Below, one piece after another: positions 36,901 to 64,000 of a stretch of DNA of 64,000 nucleotides. The DNA comes from Octopus sinensis (taxonomy: Eukaryota). Below the pieces are notes generated by a model that was not told the DNA's origin, made no database searches, and saw nothing but the letters and a program-made list of their open reading frames with translations. The first letter of the stretch is position 1. Every line of letters starts with the position of its first letter. The stretch is from contig NW_021833113.1 of assembly GCF_006345805.1 (NCBI RefSeq), positions 1 to 64,000 of the forward strand, written 5' to 3'. A program made the position numbers and the translations under genes.

Positions 36901-37942
36901 AGAGTGTTAGTCACAAATATCAACCCAAGGACTTATTCCTTGTAAGCCTAGTGGGGGGGGGAGACAAACATAAACACACACTATATATATATATATGACT
37001 AGCAGTATCGCCCAGCGTTGCTCGGGTTTGTAAGGGAAATAACTCTATAAGCATTTTTAGAGATGTAAAGTATAATAGCCATCTCAATATGGCTAACCAC
37101 AAAGGGGGGGGGGGGTTACTCTAGCCCCAGGACGACACCTAAAGCCAGCTGGAGGAGGTGACCTCCTGGGGCTACAAACTACAGTAGCATCCACCCATAG
37201 GGGTTTGTAGCCCCAGGAGGACACCTAAAGCCAGCTGGAGGAGGAGGTGTCCTCCTGGGGCTACAAACTACAGTAGCATCCACCCTTAGGGGTTTGTAGC
37301 CCCAGGACGACACCTAAAGCCAGCTGGAGGAGGTGTCCTCCTGGGGCTACAAACTACAGTAGCATCCACCCTTAGGGGTTTGTAGCCCCAGGACGACACC
37401 TAAAGCCAGCTGGAGGAGGTGTCCTCCTGGGGCTACAAACTACAGTAGCATCCACCCATAGGGGTTTGTAGCCCCAGGAGGACACCTAAAGCCAGCTGGA
37501 GGAGGTGTTCTCCTGGGGCTACAAACTACAGTAGCATCCACCCTTAGGGGTTAGCCATATTTAAATGGCAAACATACGTCACGAAAAATAAGAAAAAAAA
37601 GTGGAAATTTTACCGGTGAGTGTGTTAAATAATAAGGCACAAAAAGAAAATGACTCTCTCCCCAGACGCAACAAAAAATGCTTCAACACACGAATTCCTA
37701 TAAAGAATCTTGTAAACCAAATCCCAAAACCGAAATAATGCTGTTGTTGTTGTTCTTCTTCTTACAGGTTTGTCGGAGCCTTCTGCGGTTTCTCCTACGC
37801 CCTTGGCTTGCCTTTCCTCATCCATCTTATTTCCCTTTATGAGAAACATCAACTTACCTGGCACTCGTTCTTCATCCACACGTTCTTCATTTTGCTCGGA
37901 TTTGCAAATTTCATTGCACAGTTTTTTATCTCCGGACACTGA
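382..37942 (+). CDS. SLC38A9: SLC38A9-like lysosomal sodium-coupled neutral amino acid transporter 9, gene span (15 coding exons, 5'-partial)
   Basis: Exons 382-441, 2099-2176, 4198-4342, 5818-5909, 8027-8090, 9475-9568, 17713-17877, 20021-20044, 21937-22158, 24369-24473, 25729-25835, 26951-27055, 31464-31612, 36114-36203, 37768-37942 join with GT-AG ends and consistent phase (1675 nt, ~557 aa, TGA at 37940). Family motifs [48 protein letters not shown]. Confidence 0.95.
800..1100 (-). mobile_element. tRNA-derived SINE, family E
   Basis: minus strand head ggaggcgcaatggcctagtggttagggcagcggactcgcggtc... with A/B-box-like motifs; copies at 15203-15499 and 55390-55550. Confidence 0.8.
1571..1613 (+). 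ncRNA. Degenerate hammerhead-like motif
   Basis: cgc-CTGATGA-ag-ggtgga(gagtaca)tccgcc-GAA-ATAT-T-gtg. Confidence 0.35.
1660..2052 (-). mobile_element. tRNA-derived SINE, family A (internal TA/TG microsatellite, gagtaaaa tail)
   Basis: reverse complement of 18885-19287 and 53743-54147; many further partial copies in window. Confidence 0.85.
2099..2176 (+). CDS. SLC38A9: SLC38A9 exon ([26 protein letters not shown])
   Basis: pyrimidine tract + ccag, gtgagt donor, phase 2-2. Confidence 0.75.
2215..2805 (+). repeat. Degenerate ~120-135-bp tandem repeat (~5 units); inverted copies at 8180-8473
   Basis: gttgtttagcc..ggtcag..ctgatc..gatcaaag..gtgaccatcctgtc..gtatctagga recurs. Confidence 0.8.
2855..4170. 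repeat. CCA-rich minisatellite (45-bp unit, degenerating rightwards)
   Basis: cctt(t/c)gccgcaaccaccactagcactaccttcgccaccaccaccaccacca repeated; frameshifting indels after ~3360. Confidence 0.92.
4198..4342 (+). CDS. SLC38A9: SLC38A9 exon ([33 protein letters not shown]...PLIF)
   Basis: ttccag/gtaagt; AAISRYKYY resembles the N-terminal Rag-binding segment (human SAMNKRIHYY, from memory); phase 2 to 0. Confidence 0.88.
4455..4995 (-). mobile_element. SINE family B multimer (Meta-domain-like core gcctttcatcctttcggggtcgataaattaagtaccag)
   Basis: 2-3 head-to-tail units, reverse complement of 59081-59680. Confidence 0.78.
5150..5355 (+). repeat. TG-containing ~32-bp minisatellite; inverted copy at 6168-6296
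   Basis: (tg)n-tcaatgtctggggttgtccct. Confidence 0.88.
5818..5909 (+). CDS. SLC38A9: SLC38A9 exon ([31 protein letters not shown])
   Basis: PDHVVP and SLVTI motifs; ccag/gtaagt. Confidence 0.93.
6585..6936 (-). mobile_element. Non-autonomous Helitron with internal 10-bp repeat (tggttaaact)
   Basis: A|TC start at 6936; terminal hairpin shared with 36999 and 27792 copies. Confidence 0.65.
7347..7670 (+). mobile_element. Two adjacent hammerhead-bearing short elements (Penelope-like pLTR remnants), TA-flanked
   Basis: 7347-7462 matches 44580-44700; 7475-7670 matches 20081-20289; both bounded by (TA)n. Confidence 0.55.
7537..7571 (+). ncRNA. Minimal hammerhead-like motif (U4C substitution)
   Basis: gttt-CCGACGA-A-gagc(tcc)gctc-GAAACGT-T-aaac; same family as 20153 copy. 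Confidence 0.45.
8027..8090 (+). CDS. SLC38A9: SLC38A9 exon, TM1 ([21 protein letters not shown])
   Basis: diagnostic GTS motif; gtccag/gtaagt. Confidence 0.96.
8568..8806. repeat. (ATT/GTT)n microsatellite
   Basis: direct. Confidence 0.95.
8806..9447 (+). repeat. Family B-related SINE followed by ~160-bp tandem amplification (~3 units)
   Basis: aataaatta(a/g)gtaccagtt.. recurs at ~8930, 9091, 9248, 9412; ends 28 nt before exon 9475. Confidence 0.8.
9475..9568 (+). CDS. SLC38A9: SLC38A9 exon, TM2 ([31 protein letters not shown])
   Basis: gcag/gtgagt; hydrophobic helix following AGF. Confidence 0.94.
11548..12510 (+). mobile_element. RTE-type LINE 3' end, three tandem copies
   Basis: [19 protein letters not shown]...[11 protein letters not shown]...DREVWRSMV* followed by (gat)n tail; copies 11548-11950, 11993-12252, 12280-12510. 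Confidence 0.8.
13078..13385. repeat. CA-rich minisatellite
   Basis: cagaaacacatgcacacatgcatgtacacac repeated. Confidence 0.9.
14145..14205 (-). ncRNA. Type I hammerhead-ribozyme motif
   Basis: minus strand gataa-CTGAAGA-gatgccgg...ccgacatc-c-GAA-act(tgg)agt-T-ttatc; stems I, II and III can all pair. Confidence 0.6.
14330..15177. mobile_element. Inverted pair of family D elements (RTE-type (gat)n tail) with internal minisatellite
   Basis: 14330-14580 + ends gcgttaaataattgatgatga; 14607-15177 - starts catcatcatttagcgtcc; ~63-bp internal repeats at 14790-15177. Confidence 0.8.
15203..15499 (-). mobile_element. tRNA-derived SINE, family E
   Basis: near-identical to 800-1100. Confidence 0.8.
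15936..16032. repeat. Hairpin (38-bp arms)
   Basis: gctaacatggcagtccagaaaaataggacgaatgctgc / gcagcattcgtcctatttttctggacagccatgttagc. Confidence 0.88.
16700..17120. repeat. ~32-bp minisatellite with higher-order structure
   Basis: gtgttgactg(g/t)acagatggacacagtgtgcag. Confidence 0.9.
17260..17390. mobile_element. Mariner-type MITE
   Basis: TIR tacgagggatgtatg / catacacccctcgta inside a (TA)n tract. Confidence 0.65.
17713..17877 (+). CDS. SLC38A9: SLC38A9 exon, TM3 ([19 protein letters not shown]...[21 protein letters not shown])
   Basis: DVC-HY-G and MIVYW-LMSNFL motifs; ccag/gtaagt. Confidence 0.94.
18885..19287 (+). mobile_element. SINE family A, full length
   Basis: gagtggctgtgtggtaagtagcttgc...ggttcagtccc (B-box-like)...cttgggcaagtgtctt...gcagtcaaatgactgaaac-type 3' end, (gagtaaaa)n tail. 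Confidence 0.85.
20021..20044 (+). CDS. SLC38A9: SLC38A9 24-nt micro-exon (KTSTGNDS)
   Basis: strong pyrimidine tract + ctcag, CAG|gtaagt donor, phase 1-1, falls in the luminal loop. Confidence 0.72.
20081..20289 (+). mobile_element. Hammerhead-bearing short element (Penelope-like remnant)
   Basis: close similarity to 7475-7670; ends in (TA)n. Confidence 0.55.
20153..20187 (+). ncRNA. Minimal type I hammerhead-ribozyme motif in Penelope-like short element
   Basis: gttt-CTGACGA-A-gagc(tcc)gctc-GAAA-cg-T-T-aaat: stem I, intact core, stem II, palindromic ACGT stem III. Confidence 0.65.
20355..20600 (-). mobile_element. Decayed RTE/BovB-type LINE 3' end
   Basis: minus frame [15 protein letters not shown]...[21 protein letters not shown], the C-terminal zinc finger typical of RTE ORFs, with an internal stop. 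Confidence 0.55.
21333..21468. repeat. Inverted repeat (~60-bp arms)
   Basis: tatatgaaagacagtttgaaaatgcaattttgaagatg / cgtcttcaaaattgcattttcaaaccatctttcatata. Confidence 0.85.
21937..22158 (+). CDS. SLC38A9: SLC38A9 exon ([15 protein letters not shown]...[28 protein letters not shown])
   Basis: VLCP, TVP and LLNFKSP motifs; ttag/gtaggt. Confidence 0.95.
   Translation, partial: SSAPPATTPTPATSPTSCPSTSKVYIHSLTQTSMSDSTTKYGTSPQRFRSSCFFFSFLCSTSSRRPSLPNSIP
23440..23680 (+). mobile_element. Decayed RTE-type LINE 3' end with degenerate zinc fingers
   Basis: [20 protein letters not shown] ... [10 protein letters not shown]; no supporting exon context. Confidence 0.45.
23684..24300 (-). mobile_element. 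Family D element with 58-bp minisatellite (~8 units)
   Basis: gatggtgctacgtgccac period 58 (23821, 23879, 23937). Confidence 0.82.
24369..24473 (+). CDS. SLC38A9: SLC38A9 exon ([34 protein letters not shown])
   Basis: gcag/gtaagt; phase 1-1; TM5-like. Confidence 0.92.
24735..25527 (-). mobile_element. CR1-type LINE 3' fragment with duplicated 3' end
   Basis: [20 protein letters not shown]...[10 protein letters not shown]...TRGH...[14 protein letters not shown]; (tat)n tail; 24762-24935 duplicates 25000-25172. Confidence 0.88.
25729..25835 (+). CDS. SLC38A9: SLC38A9 exon, TM6 ([35 protein letters not shown])
   Basis: LTG and FIHNC motifs; ctag/gttagt. Confidence 0.95.
26951..27055 (+). CDS. 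SLC38A9: SLC38A9 exon ([35 protein letters not shown])
   Basis: VRDL...SFP..K.CI; tacag/gtaagt. Confidence 0.95.
27215..27627 (-). mobile_element. SINE family A, full length
   Basis: reverse complement of family A consensus. Confidence 0.85.
27792..28211 (-). mobile_element. Non-autonomous Helitron
   Basis: minus strand A|TC start, subterminal hairpin cccag-gcaacg-ccggg, CTAG|T end, no TSD. Confidence 0.72.
29620..30960. mobile_element. Inverted pair of family D elements; left copy carries a 62-63-bp minisatellite (~10 units)
   Basis: 29620-30418 + ends ggacgttaaacgatgatgatg; 30570-30960 -. Confidence 0.82.
31464..31612 (+). CDS. SLC38A9: SLC38A9 exon ([50 protein letters not shown])
   Basis: QM..V.PLL..RVQ..IYP motif; tctag/gtaagt. 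Confidence 0.95.
32305..33364. mobile_element. Inverted pair of family A SINEs (32305-32703 +, 32960-33364 -)
   Basis: two full copies tail-to-tail ~260 bp apart. Confidence 0.85.
34449..34807. mobile_element. piggyBac-type MITE (second family) with a family D fragment inserted
   Basis: TTAA|ccctttag ... ctaaaggg|TTAA; insert 34470-34610; inverted relative at ~11270-11448. Confidence 0.7.
35293..35607. repeat. Inverted repeat (~127-bp arms, ~60-bp spacer)
   Basis: aatcaaaaataagcaacaagaatg...cagctaattttat / ataaaattagctg...cattcttgttgcttatttttgatt. Confidence 0.92.
36114..36203 (+). CDS. SLC38A9: SLC38A9 exon ([30 protein letters not shown])
   Basis: ACF.P.IG; ttcag/gtaagt. Confidence 0.93.
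36356..36685 (+). mobile_element. tRNA-derived CORE-type SINE, family C
   Basis: gctcagtggttag head; gtgttcttgagcaagacacttt CORE-like block; copy at 58255-58580. Confidence 0.78.
36999..37560 (-). mobile_element. Helitron 3' end adjoining a palindromic 86-bp array
   Basis: actagcagtatcgcccagcgttgctcgggtttgtaagggaaataact matches 6584-6645; other boundary uncertain. Confidence 0.55.
37122..37550. repeat. 86-bp tandem repeat (5 units), each with a 23-bp-arm hairpin
   Basis: tttgtagccccaggaggacacct ... aggtgtcctcctggggctacaaa; starts at 37207, 37296, 37382, 37468. Confidence 0.9.
37768..37942 (+). CDS. SLC38A9: SLC38A9 terminal coding exon ([15 protein letters not shown]...[14 protein letters not shown])
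   Basis: GA.CG, LTW and AN...QFF motifs; tacag acceptor; TGA 37940-37942. Confidence 0.95.
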
Positions 37943-38051
37943 AGAGGGCAACAAAGAGCAACAACCTCGCCTTCTCTTCTTTCTACCTTCTTTGAGTATA
38001 GTGCGTGCGTGCGTGTGTGTGTACATATATATAAGATAAATATGTGTATTC

Positions 38052-38106
<55 letters not shown>

Positions 38107-38974
38107 TGTTTTAAATACATATATTTACTCATGCAAACACACACGTGTGTGTGTGTGTGTACATATATAAGATAAATATGTGTATTCATATATATGTGTG
38201 TGTTTATATAAATATATATATATATACACACAGATACATACAGCTGTGTGTGTATATATATAGATACATATATGGTGGGGTATATAATGTAAAATATATG
38301 GTTGTGTATGAATTTGCGTGTGTATACATGTGTGTGAATAAATATATATATATATATACATACACACACACACACACACATGCATGTGTGATTATTTTTA
38401 TATGCTTGTTCAGTATATATATCTTTTCACACACAGTATATATATCTTTTCATGTGAGATTGTATGCAGATATATACTTATCAAAAACTTTTTTAGAAAG
38501 GGTTCCTGATACAATCAGAATATTAAAAAAAAAAGAAATTTTCTTCAATTAAAACTGATTAATCACATTTTTTTTTTCCAAAACAGACCTGATAGAAGAA
38601 AGGTTTTTAAGATTTCCTTGTTTCTAACTGGCACAAATATCCTCCTGTCTTAAGATCTAACTAGCTAGATCTGGCTTTTCAAACCTACCCTACACTGCAT
38701 GTATGTATGATGTGATCAACCAGATTATCAGCTGTTGTACATCACTGGAGACAACACGCTTTGCATCATTTTAGCTTTTGGATGATGCTGGCTAAATGCA
38801 CAAGCCAACACCCACCATCTGATCAGAAGGGTAGCCCACCACAGGGACACTCAGCTACAGCTGAGTGGACAGGAGTAGCATGAAATGAAATGTCTTGCTC
38901 AAGAGCGCAATGCAAAGCCAGCCTGGGTATTGAAACCACATTCATGAGGACAGCATCAGTTTGATTTTTTTTAA

Positions 38975-39235
38975 ACACTACAATTGTTTCATTGCAACGC
39001 AGTTCTCCAAGCATGCAGGTACTTGATTATGTAACTGTTTTCTTGCATTATTAAATCGAGTTGTTTCCTCAGGCGATAGATAGGTAAATATTGTCTCCAT
39101 AAGTTCAAAATCTCGGCTTCAAGATTTACATGTTTCCTGACGGACGAAGCACAGATCTCATAATGAAAGGAGACAGTTGCATAATCAAGTACCTGCACGG
39201 CTGGGGAAGTGTGTTGCGTAGCTACAATTGTAGTG
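38975..39235. repeat. Imperfect inverted repeat in the intergenic/3' region
   Basis: tgcaggtacttgattatgtaactgt / acagttgcataatcaagtacctgca; cactacaattgt / acaattgtagtg. Confidence 0.75.
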
Positions 39236-39859
39236 ATTAAAAAATGAATGCCCAGCCAGACTCCTTCTTGTTGACTCCAAATTTTTTCAGTTATCTATTC
39301 ACACGTGGCAGAAGCCGAAACACAAACCTGGAAGTACATAGAATACTCCTACTGGATAGCACAGGGTGAAATCCAAAGGTGAATAAGCTTTATACACTAC
39401 TACGTTCTTAAAAGAACATATATATATATCGAGAGAGAGAGAGTTGTATGTGTGGATTTCTATTATATATACACACACTATTTTTATATTTATATTTTTA
39501 TGCACATCAATTAATAATAGAGATTTTTATACATGTATTATGAACGCAAAATTTCTAAACAATACTCCGAGTGAATATATATATATATGCATCATATGTC
39601 TATATATTTATGTAATGTGTTCATATATGGTATGTATATACTTACAATATAAATGTAATGTTCATATATAATATATAAACATAGAATATATATGTAAAAT
39701 GCATATACAATACATATATAAAGTACATTACATGGCTATATATATATATCATTATACACACATCCAGTATGTAAAACAAGAGCACCTCAGACCAACAATA
39801 AAGTGTATGTATATGTGTGTGTATATGTATGCATGTGTATATATATATATATATATATA

Positions 39860-40251
39860 CACACACGTTTATGTGTATGTATACAAATGTGTGTATATAT
39901 ACATATTTGTGTATGTATACAAATGTGTGTGTGTGTATATATATATACATGTTTATGTGTATGTATACAAATGTGTGTTTTGTATATATATATATATATA
40001 TATATACATGTTTATGTGTAAGTATACAAATGTGTGTGTGTATATATATACACACATTTATATGTATGTATACAATGTGTGTGTATATATATATACACAT
40101 GTTTATGTGTATGTATACAAATGTGTGTGTATATATACATATTTGTGTATGTATACAAATGTGTGTGTGTATATATATATATATACATGTTTATGTGTAA
40201 GTATACAAATGTGTGTGTGTATATATATACACACATATGTATGTATACAAA

Positions 40252-40296
<45 letters not shown>

Positions 40297-40345
40297 GTTT
40301 ATGTGTATGTATACAAATGTGTGTGTGTGTATATATATACACACA
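39860..40345. repeat. TA/TG-rich minisatellite
   Basis: catgtttatgtgtatgtatacaaatgtgtgtg recurring. Confidence 0.85.
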
Positions 40346-41614
40346 CACACACAATTATATTCAGACTCACATGCACAAAGTGGCAGGGAAGGGTTACACT
40401 CTCGGTAACGAGGTGGTACTAGCACAACCACTAACGAGCTACTAATTTTAATTTTCAACTGTCTCTTTTTTTTTTTTTTCACATGATCGAACAACCTTAA
40501 TGAAAATAAACTGTGATAATTAAATTCTAATGCATTGTTTGAGTTTTTGTTTTTTTTCATTTTTGAGTTTTTGTTTTGTTTTTGCCCCCTCTCAGACCTG
40601 GGCCCCCGTGTGTCTAACGCCACCCCCTGCACCTGGCAGGTAAACCAATGGACAGAATGACTATGAGAGCTATATAATAATCTGCTTACTTTACTTACTT
40701 ACTTTTACTTTGTTTCAGTCATTTGACTGCGGCCATGCTGGAGTACCGCCTTTAGTCGTGGTGGTGGTGGTGGTTAGGGTAATGATAATGATGGAAGTGG
40801 TGATGGTGACTATGATGATGATGATGAAAATGCACTGGACAGACAGACAGAAAATGGGTGACTGACCATACATATAGATATACATACATACATAGTAGTT
40901 CAATACCTCACAGTTCAGGGTTCAAATTGCACCAAAGCCTCCCCCATGTAACCCTATGCAAAAAAGAAGAGAAAAACAATAAACCAGGTCTGGACTTTTA
41001 ATTAATAATAATAAACGTAATAACAATAATAATAATGGTTTCAGATTTTTTCCACAGCAATTTTGAGATAGGGGATTAGTCGACTACATTGGCCCCAGTG
41101 CGTAACTGGTACTTATTTTATCGACCCAGAAAGGATGAAAGGCAAAGTTGACCTTGGTGGAATTTGAACTCAGAACGTAGTGATGGACAAAATGCCCAGC
41201 GTGCTAACGATTCCACCAGTTCACCACCTGAGAGAGAGATAGAAATTATAACAATGGTTTCAAATTTTGCCACAAGTTTTGGGGGAAGGGACATGTCAAT
41301 TACATCAACCCCAGTGCGTAACTGGTACTTATTTTATCGACCCTGAAAGGATGAAAGGCAAAGTTGACCTTGGTGGAATTTGAACTCAGAACATAAAGAT
41401 GGGCGAAATACTGCTAAGTATTTCGTCCAGCATGTTAACGATTCTGCCAGCGTGCCACCTTAAAGAGAGGAATAATAACAATAATGACAGGTAACAATAA
41501 GTGCGACTCTACAGATCTGTTGTGGGTTGAGGCCCCTTACAGCATTACGTATCTTTCATGACTCAAGGCCCTAATCAAGGTAAAAAAAGGTTAAGTCCTG
41601 TTGCTACAATTGTT

Positions 41615-62935
<21,321 letters not shown>

Positions 62936-63156
62936 CTGCAAAAGGCAAGGGGGGGAGAGATACAAGTGAAACAACAAGAGACGACACATTAACTTCATCT
63001 TAGATGCAGAAAACTTCATATTTAGACTGACTCCTCCTCCTCCTCCTTATTATTATTATTATTATTGAGGCAGAATCATTAGCGAATTCTGAGTTCAAAT
63101 TCCACTGAGGTTGGCTTTGTACCTATGGTAGAAAAGATTATTATTATTATCATTAT

Positions 63157-63196
<40 letters not shown>

Positions 63197-64000
63197 GGTG
63201 GTGGTGGAGTAGTAGTAGTAGCAGTGGTAGTAATAGTGATGGTGGAAGTAGTAGCAGTGGTTGTGGTGGTAGCAGTGGTAGTGGTAGTAGCAGTAATGGT
63301 GGTAGTAGTAGCAGTTGAGGTGGCAGTGGTAGTAGTAGTAGCAGTAATGGTGGTAGTAGTAGCAGTGGTGGTAGTGGTAGTAGTAGTGGTGGTAGTAGTA
63401 GCAGTGGTGGTAGTGGTAGTAGTAGTGGTGGTAGTAGTAGCAGTGGTGGTAGTGGTAGTAGTAGTGGTGGTAATAGTGGTAGTGGTGGTAGTAGTAGTGG
63501 TGGTGGTGGTAGTAGTAGCAGTAGTGGTGGTAGTGGTAGTAGCAGGAGTGGTGGTTGTAGTAGTAGTAGTGGTGGTAATAGTGGTAGTAGCAGTAGTGGT
63601 GGTAGTAGTAGCGGTGGTAGTGGTAGTAGCAGTAGTGGTGGTAGTAGTAGCAGTGGTGGTAGTGGTAGTAGTAGTGGTGGTCATAGTGGTAGTGGTGGTA
63701 GTGGTAGTAGTAGCAGTAGTGGTGGTAGTGGTAGTAGCAGGAGTGGTGGTGGTAGTAGTAGTGGTAGTAGTGGTGGTGGTAGTGGTGGTGGTAGTAGTGG
63801 TGGTAATAGTGGTAGTAGCAGTAGTGGTGGTGGTGGTGGTAGTAGTGGTGGTAATAGTGGTAGTAGCAGTAGTGGTGGTGGTAGTAGTAGTGGTGGTAAT
63901 AGTGGTAGTAGTGGTGGTAATAGTGGTAGTAGCAGTAGTGGTGGTAGTAGTAGCGGTGGTAGTGGTAGTAGCAGTAGTGGTGGTAGTAGTAGCAGTGGTG
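63157..64000. repeat. (GTA/GTG/GCA)n trinucleotide low-complexity tract
   Basis: direct; intronic to FECH. Confidence 0.93.

Noticed and set aside
37122-37550. CRISPR-like palindromic repeats
   Set aside because: Sequence between hairpins is the same in each unit, so there are no spacers.
63079-63684. Poly-Thr ORF as a FECH exon or mucin
   Set aside because: Trinucleotide low-complexity intron sequence with no FECH homology or splice support.

Overview
Eukaryotic, AT-rich, microsatellite- and SINE-dense animal DNA, very likely an octopus/coleoid cephalopod (inferred from the repeat landscape, not verified). It holds two convergent intron-rich genes that I assembled by hand from GT-AG splice sites and phase continuity. 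SLC38A9, the lysosomal amino-acid transporter/mTORC1 arginine sensor, is on + with 15 coding exons at 382-37942; its start codon lies upstream of the window. Ferrochelatase (FECH) is on - with 8 coding exons at 62935-41615; its 5' exons lie beyond the window. Introns contain about five SINE families, RTE and CR1 LINE 3' fragments, non-autonomous Helitrons, mariner- and piggyBac-type MITEs, long palindromes and minisatellites. Most unusual: (1) a ~1.35 kb array of a 42-bp unit that copies the FECH exon/intron junction, giving ~30 near-identical 5' splice sites (8 extra ones in frame) with an AP-1 motif in most units; (2) several short, TA-flanked intronic elements carrying minimal type I hammerhead-ribozyme folds, including an apparent A6U core variant; (3) inverted repeat pairs bracketing single exons. 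Nearly all long ORFs in the supplied track are low-complexity artefacts.
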